39,326 bases of DNA from Octopus sinensis (GCF_006345805.1 NW_021835746.1:1-39326); one strand, 5' to 3'. Positions 1 to 11,912 are shown, numbered from the stretch's first letter. The notes: a model not told the origin generated them from the letters alone. Numbers and translations are program-made.

Positions 1-169
1 TATACATGCGTATATATGTATACAAATACCACAGAATATATGTGTATGTATGTATCCATCTATATAAAAATACACATGTATATAAATATACATACACACA
101 GACATATAAATATGTATACACATACACACATATACATACATACATACGTACATACAAACATATGTGTGC

Positions 170-202
<33 letters not shown>

Positions 203-739
203 GTATGCGTGTATGAATTAAAAATAAACGACAAGATAGGTACAAGAACACAACATTCACAAACCGAAAAAATAGGGGCCAAAACTAGAGGAACGATTAA
301 AATAAAAAAAAACAAAACTTAGCTAAAAGCGAAACAAAGACAAAACAAAAAATAACCTAAAACCAAAAACCCAAAATGAAACAAGGAAACAAAACAATTT
401 CCTCCGTAAATGATTAATTCACGTTTTCATTAAAAGGCAGTTATTATCATGTCATGGTTATTCACTCAATCGAAATTACCTCCCTTTTTCTCCTTTCATT
501 TATTCTTTGTTATAAGCTGCCTTTTACAATTTTATATCTGTTGCTTGCTTCCATGTTTTTGTTAATCGTGTTGTTTTGGTTTTTATTTAGAATAGCTTAC
601 GTATAATCTGAGAGAGTTCAGCGTGTTTCTCACAAGGGAGGATGTTTCAATACATGGAACTGCCTACCTCGCATTGTGCTGATTTTGTATGGCCCCTATT
701 TTTAAAAATCTTCTTTCTATTTCTGTTTTCTTCGTTTTT

Positions 740-1320
740 ATATAGGTATGGGTATTTATGTATGTGCATGTCTGTGTGTTTATATATGTTTCGTGTATAT
801 ATATATATATATATATATTATATTATATTATACATACACACGTGTATACAAATATGCATTTATATATATATGTATGTATATATATATACATATATATATT
901 TATACACAAATATGCATTTATATATATGTATATATATATATGCATATATATATATATATATTCATGTATACATATTTATATTAAAAATGTATATATGTAT
1001 ATCTTTTCATCTAACTCTACCCATTCGTGTGTGTAGGTATACACACACACATATATACACATATATACACATATATACATACATACATACTTACATAATA
1101 TATACATACATATAATATATATATATATACATATATATAATATACATATAATATATATATATTATATATATATATATAAACTATATGTATATGTATATTA
1201 TAATATATATATATGTATGTACACATGTACACATGTATGTATATATGTATGTATGTATACGCACATACACACGCACACACATATCTATAAGATATAAATA
1301 TATATACATACCACCATATT
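740..1320. repeat. Compound (TA)n/(CA)n/(TACA)n microsatellite field
   Basis: Direct inspection. Similar fields occur at 1-215, 9720-10130, 16575-16800, 20440-21270, 25930-26530, 27770-28470 and elsewhere. Confidence 0.95.
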
Positions 1321-2069
1321 TACATGCATACGTTCAATTCACGTGGAGATATGTATGTACTCATGAATGATTTTAATGCAACGCAAGCATGTTTTGCTGT
1401 TAGTTTTATTCCAATATTATTTTCTTACTTAGAACTAGGATAATTTCTTCGAAAAGGAAATTAAAGCACGTTGCAATCCCCTTCAATGCACGCTCTCATC
1501 TGTGGTGCCTGTTTCCCCTCCAGCAAAAGACCCTTCGCAAAAGACCCAGTTCATCAGTTCAATATCAGTGTGCACCAGTTCATATCGTCAGTTATCTCTC
1601 CAATGAGCCCTAAAATGGTAAGAATGGAAATGCATAAATAAAAAAGTAAATAAATAAATAAATAAATGAATAAATAAATGAACCAGGAGACAAAAACAAA
1701 AACAAAAACAAAAGGCAAAACGTAAAGCGAAACAAAATCAAAGCATAAACCGAGAATTAAACGAAAGCAAACCCCAGAAATAGCAAAAAACAACAACAAA
1801 CGAACAAAAAACAAACAAACAAAAAAAAAAAACAAAAAAAAAAACAGCCAAACAAAAATCAAAGAGAAAAATAGAAAATCGAAACAAAATCAAAAACAAA
1901 AACAAAAACAAAAGAGCAAATATGTTTAGAATTTACAAATAAAGGCAGAACGGCCGAAATAAAAGACAAAATTCTTGCAATTAAATGACTCTTTAATTAA
2001 ATTCCTTATTGGTAAAACAATAACAAAAACGACAACAGCAATAACAGCAATAATAACAGACAAGGCGCT

Positions 2070-2080
2070 GACAGATGGTA

Positions 2081-2114
<34 letters not shown>

Positions 2115-2872
2115 CGATGATGATGATGTTTGATGAATGATGATGATGATGATGATGATAGAGTTGATGATGATAGAGTTGATGATGATCAGTATGGTGA
2201 TGATGAGGGTAACAATGATGGTGATGATGAGCAGGAAGAGGAAGGGGAAGGTGATTACGGCGGTGAAGATGCTGCTGCTGCTGATGGTGGTGATGTTAAA
2301 TTGAGAACAATGATGATAATAGTGGCGAAGATGATGTTGATAGACCTTGATGAAAATGGAGACGGTTATGGCGACCTTGATACGGTAACTATGATGATGA
2401 TGATGATGATGATGACAACGACGACAATGACGACGACATTGATTTTGATGATGGTAATGGTGGTGGTGGTAAATATGAAAAAGATGAAAATGATGATAAT
2501 GATGGTGGTGAGGATAATTGAGGACAGCAAAAATGATGATATAATGACGGTGGTGGTGATGGTAGTGGTGATGGTAGTGGTGGTAGTGATGGTAGTGGTG
2601 ATGATGGTGGTGATGATATTGGTGTTGATGGTAGTGGTGGTGGTGATGGTAGTGGTGATGGTGGTGGTGATGATGGTGGTGGTGATGGTGGTATGGTGAT
2701 AGTGGTATGGTGATGATGGTGGTGGTGATGGTGGTATGGTAATGGTGGCATGGTGATGGTGGTGGTGGTGAAAGTGGTGGTGGTGGTGGTGGTGGTAGTG
2801 GTGGTGATGATAGTGGTGGTCATGACGGCGGTGGTAGTGGCAATGATGATGTTGATGATGATGATGATGAGA

Positions 2873-2954
<82 letters not shown>

Positions 2955-2990
2955 CGACGACGATGATGATGATGATAATCATGAGCATGA
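2070..2990. repeat. Compound trinucleotide low-complexity tract (GAT/GGT/GAC)
   Basis: Long (GAT)n runs and mixed GGT/GAT/GTA triplets. The ORFs are poly-D/M/V/H. Confidence 0.95.
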
Positions 2991-3550
2991 CGAAGATGCT
3001 GCTTCTGCTAAATTACGACAAAGGTATTGATGACAATTATAGTGAAGAATTACGTTGTTAAAAAAAAATGAAATCAATACAAAACTAACCAAGCAACGTT
3101 CCTGTCCACGACACTTGGATAATCTCAGAGAATCTCTTGATCGAAAATTTTTATTTGCGGTTCACTACATTATGCACGTGAAACCCCATCTAATACAACC
3201 GAAATAATCACGACGTCGATAACAACATCAACAAAATCAACACCGAAAAACAAAGAAAAACCATATCGGGTCCTGGCAGTGAAATGTCCATTATCGTCAG
3301 TTATGTTTAGTGCTTTTTTTCTAAAAAGTCAAGCTCTGTCAATGAAGACTTTTCAAAACCGGATGTTTTCTACGATGAATCTGAAGAGTTTTGTAATAAC
3401 AAATGCCCTCAAAAAGATGTTAGTATCCCCATTTCGCTTTGTCATGTACAAAACAAACTACAGATGATCAGCTGAGACTTCAACAGCTATTGTACTCCAT
3501 GGTATTAAATGGGGATCGTTGAGGATGGAAACTGGCCAGAATAGACTTAC

Positions 3551-3594
3551 CATAAAGATGGCACGGCCACTGTCTTGAATCTATGACAAATTTG
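3551..3594 (-). other. Candidate 44-nt internal exon
   Basis: Acceptor TTTTTTTTAAAACTTATTTAG| and consensus donor ATG|GTAAGTC. Two frames are open (QICHRFKTVAVPSL or KFVIDSRQWPCHLY). No homology recognised. Confidence 0.25.
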
Positions 3595-4496
3595 CTAAAT
3601 AAGTTTTAAAAAAAACTACACGGAAATTCTTTTCCCACTGTACATTCTTGATGTCTTCAAAGATGTCTTCATAATGATTATGTTACTAAATTTGAAACAT
3701 TCCTTCTTAGAGAAAATAACATCTACAAATAATAAGGCGATGGAGAGTATCTTCCAATAGTGGCGCACTGGAACTCCCTGATTAAGCTAGCAAATGTGCC
3801 AAAGTTCTAGACGCCACAGTCTGTAATCGTGGTGTTCATAAAATTTGTACTTCAACAACCGAAGGTTATTGCAAGCTATGTTGACCCTCAATTAGAGCGA
3901 CATTGTTGAGAGTACGGTGAAACGCTGGTTACTGAAGACCACTCATCATGAAAGAGATATAAACTGACCAAATGTTAAATTGAAACAGAGCAGATCAAGT
4001 ATTCCAGACCCGTGTCAAAGAAGGAAGTCCTGCAACTATATAATAATTGTCTATGAACTAGCTAAGATCTGGAAGAAAGGTTATTTGATAGTATTGCTGA
4101 AACAAATAAATGGTAGATCTACCAATTCCAAAGGTCACAAACCGGAATCCCTTTGCATTCACACAATTGGTAACTCAATTAACAAGGTATTTCACGTTTT
4201 CCAATACATCGACGATCATTTTGAGCAAGAAATGTCTTATAACATAGGTACACACGTCTGGTGTGAAATGGTTTTGCACAAATAATAGTTTGTTGTGGTT
4301 ATCTAAAAATAACCTATCGCAGAAATATATGTTAATACAGAACGCATTCCGTACTACTCGAACGCAGGTACGATACTCAGTCTTCACTATTCAACTGCCG
4401 ACTGTTAACCCAACACACGTCGAACTAACACGGTAAACTAACACGGTCGAACTAACACTAGCAACAACCGCCTTGGCAATTCACTCAGTTCTTTTT

Positions 4497-4837
4497 CTTT
4501 TCTACTCTAGACACAAAGCCCGAGATTTTTGGGGAGGGTGACCAGTCGATTAGATTGACCCCAATACGCAACTGGTACTTAATTTATCGACCCCGAAAGG
4601 ATGAAAGGAAAAGTCAACCTCGGCGGAATTTGAACTCAGAACGTAAAGTCACAAAATATCGCTAAGCATTTCGCCCGGCGTGCTAATGTTTCTTTTCTAT
4701 TCTAGGCACAAGGCCCGAAATTTTTGGAGAGGGCGCTAGTCGATTAGATCGACCCCAGAACGTAACTGGTACTTAATTTATCGACCCCAAAAGAATGAAA
4801 GACAAAGTCGACTACGGCGGAAATCGAACTGAGAACG
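4497..4837 (-). mobile_element. SINE family A head-to-tail dimer (tail type 1)
   Basis: Two cores (TCGACCCC.AAAG.ATGAAAG..AAAGTC) at ~4587 and ~4781, with tails AGGCACAAGGCCCGAAATTT-like. The junction is near 4692. Confidence 0.85.
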
Positions 4838-4845
4838 TCCTGAGT

Positions 4846-4925
4846 TCAAAATGCTTAGCAGTATTTCGTCTGTCTTTACATTCTGAGTTCAAATTCCGCC
4901 GAGGTCGACTTTGCCTTTCATCCTT
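4846..4925 (+). mobile_element. SINE family A fragment, inverted relative to the adjacent dimer
   Basis: AAATGCTTAGCAGTATTTCGTCTG...GAGTTCAAATTCCGCCGAGGTCGACTTTGCCTTTCATCCTTT. Confidence 0.85.
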
Positions 4926-5777
4926 TGCTTTCCCTTTTTTGTTTCACCTAAATGTCTAGATGTTTTGCGTTCTTGTTCCATTTTTGTATCTTTTATACAT
5001 AAAATATAGCGGAGTACGTACACTTTGGTCTCTTATATGTAAGTATATATATCTAAATTTTGTACGACTCTATTGTTCTTTGTATTCTTTCATTCTTTCC
5101 TTCTTTCTTCCAGCCCTTTCACACTTCGTTCATTCCACTCTTCGTTCTTTCGTTCCCCCTCTCTCACATTTCGTGGCCTTCTCTTCATGCTCACTTTCCC
5201 TCTTTCCTTTCACTGTGTCTCTTTAATTTTCCTCTCACTCCTCCTTAATTCTTCTATCCCTCTGCTTCTACCTCTCTCTCTTCTCTCCCCACGTGACCGG
5301 TGTTTGGCCAGGGCTGACTTTTCTTTTCTTGGTTGGACGACTGTCCGCGCAACACATATATTCCTTCTTGTGCTTGTTAAATCTTATGTCCCAGCCGCAA
5401 GGCTTTACCTACACACAGCTTAATTTAATTCGTCCTTAGTCGAAAGACGCCTGTTGTCATGTCCTGTTATTTTTATTTGTATTTGTGTAACATTTGTTTT
5501 TTTCCGTCCTTGTTTTCGTATACATTCGCTGCTTTCTTCCAAGGAATGTAATGCTCTTAGCTTAGTTTTCCTTGGGGCTGGCCAGATTGGAGCAATCTCG
5601 AGTATCCAGCTGACATTGCAAAGATAATCTGGAACTCGACTGAGTATAGAAAACTCTGAATAATCGTCCTTGTTTTCCTTGTATCGTCTGTCTGGTTATT
5701 ATGTTTTCCCTTTTTTCTTGTTTCACCTAACTGTCTAGATGTTTTGCGTTCTTGTCCCATTTTTGTAATCTTTATAT

Positions 5778-6046
5778 ATGGCCAAGTGTCTTCTACTATA
5801 GACTCGGGCCGACCAAAGCCTTGTGAGTGGATTTGGTAGACGGAAACTGAAAGAAGCCCGTCATGTATATGTATATGTAAACACAAGGAAAAAAACTACG
5901 CTCAGGGAAGGAAAGAAAAGATGTATTACGTTTCGAACAAAGCTTTTCTTCAGAAACAGGAGACAGAGGAAAGTCAAAGAGAAAAGGAAGACGGAGGAAA
6001 AAAATCGCCAACACACACACACATACACACACACACAACACACACA

Positions 6047-6117
<71 letters not shown>

Positions 6118-6360
6118 GCACACATACATATTTATGTACTTGTGTGTCTGTGTTTGCTCCCCCCATCCTACCATCGCTTGACAACCGATGTTGGTGTGTT
6201 TACGTCCCCGTAACGTAGCGGCTCGGCAAAAGATATCGATAGAATAAGTACTAGGCTTACAAAGAATAAATCCTGGGGTTGATTTGTTCGACTTAAAAGG
6301 CACCGCTCCAGCATAACCGCTCTCAAATGACTGAAACAAGTGAAAGAGTAAAAGAGCAGA
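5778..6360 (+). mobile_element. SINE family B copy carrying a nested insertion in its internal microsatellite
   Basis: 5' half at 5778-5862, foreign repeat at 5898-6012, (AC)n at 6011-6125, and 3' half at 6140-6360. Confidence 0.85.
5898..6012 (-). repeat. Penelope-like terminal repeat fragment with hammerhead-like core, copy 1
   Basis: Matches 32946-33050. The minus strand reads GTTT-CTGAAGA-AAAGCTTTGTTC-GAAAC-GTA-ATAC. Confidence 0.55.
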
Positions 6361-6744
6361 AAAATACATTCAACATGAAGTGTTCATGAGGGGCATTTGT
6401 CACCTATTACAAATGGTTTGAGAACATACAAAAGTTTTTCTCCGGGTGGGAGGCTTGGAAGGTCAAGGTACTTGTGTGTTTAAGTCTTGTTCTCTTGTGC
6501 TTATTGTATCGTTTCGCTTTTGTCAAACTGCTAGCTAACGAGGACATAAACAAGCCAACACCGGTTGTCAAGCAAAAAGACACACATATGGGCTTCCACA
6601 TAATTCCCGTCTACTAATCCACTCACGACGTATTAGTTGGCTCGGAGCTATAGTAGAAGATACTTGCCTAAGAGACCCAACGGTGTCACAAAGGATAGTA
6701 CAAGGGCTTCCATCCAACGCCCTAATAATACCACCATTCCGCCA

Positions 6745-6880
6745 CCCTAAAATGGGACTTTATTTGACGACATCAAAAGGATGAAAGGCCATGTTGAACT
6801 CGATGGAATTTGAACTTACAGCGCAGAGACTCAGAACAATTAATGCAAGACATTTTATCCGAGCTCTTAACACTCTGCCA
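6745..6880 (-). mobile_element. Old, degenerate SINE family A copy
   Basis: AAAAGGATGAAAGGCCATGTTGAACTCGATGGAATTTGAACT...CTGCCAATTCACC. Confidence 0.6.
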
Positions 6881-6984
6881 ATTCACCCCTTTTTCTTACC
6901 TCCTCCATTACAAGCAACCACACAGTCTTAAGACCTTATGTAATCAAGCATGTTTAATACTGAACAGAGAATAATCACTGATTA

Positions 6985-7200
6985 TTTCTTTTTACTTGTT
7001 TCAGCCATTTGACCACGGCCATGCTGGGGTACCGCCTTGAAGAGTTTTTAGTCGAACAAATCGATCCCAGGACTTATTTTTTAAAACCTGGTACTTATTC
7101 TATCGGTCAGTTTTTTTGCTGAATCGCTAAATTACGGAGACGTAAAAACATTAACACCACTTGTCAAGCGGTGGTGAAGGACAAATACAGACATAGAGAC
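6985..7200 (-). mobile_element. SINE family B 3' half
   Basis: TTTTACTTGTTTCAGCCATTTGACCACGGCCATGCTGG...TTGTCAAGCGGTGG, ending in an (AC)n tract. Confidence 0.85.
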
Positions 7201-7213
7201 ACACACACACACA

Positions 7214-7251
<38 letters not shown>

Positions 7252-7364
7252 GCACACACACACACACACACCACACACACACACACACATAAACTTTTTT
7301 CAGTTTCATTAATGCCAGAAGATGAAAGAACAGAAAAACCTTCCAGTGCCGTATATCTCTTTTC

Positions 7365-7681
7365 TTAATCACTGGATGGTGATTCGACGATTTTCCCTCA
7401 CAGTTGCTCGCACATCTGCAATGTTTTTCTCAGTTCTGCTGGCTGCGGTTATCGGCATGTTTTTGCCATCTTGGAAACGTCTAAATCACTCGTTGCGACG
7501 ATCATACGCTACACAAGTTCCTTCCAAGTACTGCTGTAAACAGCAGAAGTGAGCTAGAGCACTAAAACTTAGTGCGCGGACACAGCAGAGTTTAAGGTCA
7601 ATCTTCGTTAAGTGGCTTTACTCTGTGTGCTTTAGTTTCATTACTATGGCAACAGTCCGGATACTTATTGATCAGACCACA
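7365..7681 (-). mobile_element. Truncated copy (5' end only) of the same mariner family as 37342-38163
   Basis: Ends in ...GGCAACAGTCCGGATACTTATTGATCAGACC followed by TA, matching the TIR at 38130-38163. The left part matches 37768-37900. Confidence 0.8.
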
Positions 7682-8437
7682 TATGCAAAAGAGATACGAA
7701 AACTGCAGTAGGATCTTTGGCAGACTGACAGAGAACACGAACATGGAGTCGCCGAAGGTACTCTAATAGTTCATAACAACATGGACCATTAAAGGAAGAC
7801 TAAATCTATCGTTCAGCTTAGTAAGTGTTGTCACAGTGCTTGAAGGAGAATGGCATGTAGGTATAAATAACTAGAGTAATAATGGAGCCTCTCAACAGTT
7901 TCTATATTCGAATCACTATGTAGTCGCTTTACCTTACAAAGAGTAGCCAAATCTCACTTGTCTTAGAACTAGGACACATTGGATAATGTAGTCTGGAGTA
8001 CAAAATGCCAAAAAAAAAAAAATAAATAAAAGATAGTAAAGCTGAAATAACAGCCGCTGTTATATCATTGATCAGAGCTGATTTCGGTCAAAAAGAGAAA
8101 ACATTATGATGGATGTTTCTGCTTGGGAAGTATACAGAAGTAGTAAGACATGGATTCTGAAAGTAAAGAAACCGAGGCAGCCTGGAAAGGGGAGGACAGG
8201 TAATCTGAGACAGACTAATTATTAATGTATTTGGTAATGAGTGTAATAGATGTGGCTACATTAATTTAAACGGTTGTGTGGTTCGTTTTGCGATTATGTA
8301 GTTTCGGGTTCAGACTCGCAGCGCAGCACCTTCGGTAGGTGACTTCTGCTAAACTTCCGGACCAACTAATGTCTTGCGAATAAATTTGGTAAACGAAAAC
8401 TCTGTAGAAGCCCACGGTGTGTTTGTGTATATATATA

Positions 8438-8476
<39 letters not shown>

Positions 8477-8480
8477 GTGT

Positions 8481-8847
8481 GCAGAGGTGGCTATGTGGTT
8501 TGCTTGCCAACCACATGGTCCCGGGTTCAGTCCCATTGCGTGGCACCTTGGGCAGGTGTCTTCTACTTTAACCGCGAGCTGAAAAAAGGCTTGCGAGTGG
8601 ATTTGGTGGACGGAAACTGAAAGAAGCCCGTCGTATATATATGCATATGTTTGTGTGTCTGTGTTTGTCCAACCACCGTCGCTTGGCAACCGATGCTGGT
8701 GTGTTTATGTCCCCACAACCTAGCGGTTCGGCAATAGAAGTACTAGGCTTACAAAGAATAAGTCCTGGGGTCGATTTATTCGATTAAAGGCAGTGCTCCA
8801 GCATGGCCGCAGTCAAATGATTAAACCAAGTAAAAGAATAAAAGAAT
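8481..8847 (+). mobile_element. Full-length SINE family B (tRNA-like head, internal microsatellite)
   Basis: A-box-like TGGCTATGTGG, B-box-like GGTTCAGTCCC, then CCTTGGGCAGGTGTCTTCTAC and GACGGAAACTGAAAGAAGCCCGTC, a (TA/TG) tract, and a 3' half ending CAGCATGGCCGCAGTCAAATGA...GTAAAAGAATAAAAG. Confidence 0.88.
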
Positions 8848-8934
8848 ATATATACGTGTGTGTGTGTGTGTGTGTGTGTCTGTGTGTGTGTATGTGTGTG
8901 TGTGTGTATGTGTGTGTGTGTATGCATGTATGTC

Positions 8935-9132
8935 TTTCTGTTTGTGTTTGTTACTCCACCGCTTGAAAAACGGTGTTGATTTGTTTACGTACCCGTAACA
9001 GTAGCGGTTCGGCAAAAAAGATCGGCAGAATATGTAATATTAAAGTTTAGTACTGGGGACGATTTGTCCGTCTAAACCCTTCAAGGTAGTGTTCCACCAT
9101 GGCCGCAGTTCAGTGAATGAAAAGAGTAAAAG
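8935..9132 (+). mobile_element. SINE family B 3' half
   Basis: CCACCGCTTGAAAAACGGTGTTG...AGCGGTTCGGCAAAA...CATGGCCGCAGTTCAG. Confidence 0.8.
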
Positions 9133-9895
9133 ATTTTAAAAATTGCTTTCCTACAGCAGGATATCTACTGGGAAAAGAAGTTCTGGAACTAATATGAGAA
9201 TGCTGGACCTACAGACAGAATGACTGAAGGTAAAGGAGAATGGTGATACACTGTAGTTAAAACTTATGTCCGCTTGGAAAAATATATTTTCTTCCATATA
9301 GATTTTTTTCTTCCTCATTTACTCCAGTGAATTGTTGCAGATCAAGAAGTCACCGGCGTAGATACATTTCTGGGTAGTTAAATTACCATTTTGAAAGAAT
9401 GCTTTACAACAGATATCACATTGGTATGGTCTCTCCTATTTGAACAAGTTTTATGGCAAGACAAACAACGAATCTGTTTTACGGTGAATATCACAGTGGT
9501 ATGATTTCTCTGCTGTGTGTATATGTTTGTGGGGAAATTAAATTAGCGTTTTGAAAGTATGTTTCAGCACAGATATTATACTACGATATAGATTTTCTTG
9601 TGCGAATACGTTTGTGGAAAGAAATTATAACTATTAGAGAAAGTTTCACTATAAATATCAGTCAGTGGTAGGATCTCTATCCCGTGTCTATACGTTGGGG
9701 AACGTACGCTCGTGTGCACATACACACATTCACATACACTACTCGCATATACATATATAAAGGGTTTATACATAAATATATATATATATGCGTACAGATA
9801 CATACACGCATATATACATGTGTGAGCATGCGTATTTGCATATATATATATACACATACACACATATATATTCATATATATGTAATAAGTATATG

Positions 9896-9938
<43 letters not shown>

Positions 9939-10081
9939 CACACACGAATGTTTATATCTCTCTCTCTATATATATATGTGTGTGTGTTTATATACACACA
10001 CATTTTATATACATTTTCCCTTTCTCTATATGTATATATATATATGTGCGCGCATGTGTGTATGTGCGCGCATGTGTGAGT

Positions 10082-10118
<37 letters not shown>

Positions 10119-10544
10119 ATGAATATATATATTTGTGGTTAAAGTTTAAACTAAAGTCTTCTTAGGAGTGTGACATCGACGTAACTTGTTATTACATAAG
10201 ACAAAGTCTATACAGTGGAAATTTGGGACCTAAAATGGCGGATTTTATTGACATGTGGCAATAAAGCTAAGCTGAAAATTATGTTGTTTAAGTTCGAGCC
10301 TACCTAACATCTTAAACAGGTAACCTGTGTAAGCGTCATGTCGGTCGAAGCGATATCAACGAAATTGGTATGATTGAGAGAAAGAGACCATTGAATTGTC
10401 TGTAGCACTTAAACCACATTTCAGTTTACCATCACATCTTGACTCTATGATGTATGAAGTGAAACCCACTTCATACATCATATATATATATATATACATA
10501 CATGCATACACACATGTATATATACATAATATATATATATAATA

Positions 10545-11831
10545 TTGGGTTGGCAACTAAATGCCCGCCGTTTTTTTTATTAAAATTTTTTAAAAGGTTT
10601 AATAAAATTAACAACTAATTAATCAATAATGTATTCACCTTTGCTTTTTACAACTTCCTCCCAACGTTCAACAAGATTTTCAATACCTCGTTGGTTGAAA
10701 TCACCCGATTTCGGCTCGAAAAATTGATCCATCCAAGCTCTCAATTCTGCATCAGTTTTGAACGAAACTCCACGCATAGCATTTGAAAGAGATCGAAAGA
10801 GGTGGCAATCGGTTGGTGCCAAATCAGGAGAGTACGGAGGGTGTGGCAGCACTTCCCAGCCATGCGTTTGAATGGCTTCCTTAGTCATATTGGCGATATG
10901 AGGGGCGTTGTCGTGCAGCAGAAGAACTCCATGCTGCCGATTAGGTCTTTTTTATTGAACAGCCGTGTGAATCGTTCCATCTGTTGAACATAGAGTTCCG
11001 TGTTGACCGTTTGGTTCCGTTCAAGCAATTCGTAATGTATAATCCCTTCCCAGTCCCACTGTACGCACAACATCGTTTTACGCGGATGAAGATCTTGCTT
11101 CACGCGCGGTGTCACTTGTTTACCGGGGCTAAGCCGTTCCTTACGCTGCTTCATATTGATGTACAGGCACCATTTTTTGTCGCCAGTAACGATTCGGTAA
11201 AGAAATCGTTGCTTGTGTCCATGAGTTGAGCGGTGACGAGCAAGCAAACCAGCGGAGATTGTTGCTCGTTGATTTTTGTTGTTGTCACTTAAAGCATGCG
11301 GAATCCATGTTCCATACTTCTGAACCTTTCCCATCGAATGAAGATGCTTCTCTATAGCAGTTTGAGAGCATTCCATTTTCTCTACCAGTTCCCTTGTCGT
11401 TTGACGAGAATTTTTGTGCAGAAGTTGGTTTAATCACTTTTCCTCGAACTCAACTGGACGGCCAGAACAAGGTGCATCTTTGAGGTCAAAATTTCCATTT
11501 TTGAACTTGGCATACCAATTACGCGCGGTTCTTTCAGCTATGGCACCCTCTCCATACACTTCATAAATGTCGCGAGCAGCTTTTGTGGCCTTAGAACCTT
11601 GATTAAAAGCTAAAAGAAGGTGTCAAAAATGGTCGTTTTTCTTAACATGACATTCCATTTTAATGATCTGAAAATAAACAAAAATTAGCTAGCAAAAAAC
11701 CCCCAAAAGAACATAATAGATTCCTAAATGAATCAAAAATAGAATTCTCGAAACAAAATAGATTCCAAAATTTAGAAACGCAATAAATTCCAAAATTTAA
11801 AAAAAGCGGCGAGAACTTAGTTGCCAACCCA

Positions 11832-11832
<1 letters not shown>
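10545..11832 (-). mobile_element. Full-length Tc1/mariner DNA transposon (mariner, mellifera-like), inactive
   Basis: Perfect 16-bp TIR TTGGGTTGGCAACTAA at 10545-10560 with its reverse complement at 11817-11832, extending imperfectly to ~33 bp. TA at 10543-10544 on the left; the right flank is (TCTA)n. Length 1288 bp, typical of mariner. Confidence 0.96.
10619..11658 (-). pseudogene. Mariner transposase pseudogene
   Basis: ATG at 11658 gives MECHVKKNDHF*HLLLAFNQG...WYAKFKNGNFDLKDAPCSGRP...WIPHAL...RIVTGDKKW...HDNA-PH...YSPDLAPTD...KGEYIID*. This has the HTH region, a WVPHEL-like motif and the D,D,D triad (33 aa spacing here, 34 if the missing R of HDNARPH is restored). Lesions: TGA at 11623-11625 and 11434-11436, a 1-nt frameshift near 10970 and a further TAA just after it. 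Confidence 0.95.

Positions 11833-11912
<80 letters not shown>
11833..11912. repeat. (TCTA)n tetranucleotide microsatellite abutting the mariner TIR
   Basis: About 20 perfect units. Other (TCTA)n tracts occur near 26976, 28090, 33113 and 38598. Confidence 0.97.

Noticed and set aside
6-1370. Many YI/HT/CV-repeat ORFs here and throughout the window
   Set aside because: Dinucleotide and tetranucleotide microsatellites lack stops in some frames, so these are not evidence of coding.
1430-1620. Unique segment with a strong minus-strand acceptor and a plus-strand GTAAGA donor
   Set aside because: All frames hit stops within the interval, so it could only be a terminal or non-coding exon, and this is unsupported.
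2130-3061. ORFs of 100-199 aa rich in D, M, V, H and P
   Set aside because: They are translations of GAT/GGT trinucleotide tracts that are open in several frames on both strands, with no domain or splice evidence.
3980-4285. 101-aa non-repetitive ORF
   Set aside because: It has a TTG start, no recognisable motif and no splice support. The length is compatible with chance or a decayed TE.
10233-10242. YY1-like motif AAAATGGCGG (and CCAAT pair near 16174/16219)
   Set aside because: These are isolated short motifs with no CpG-rich promoter context or downstream gene.
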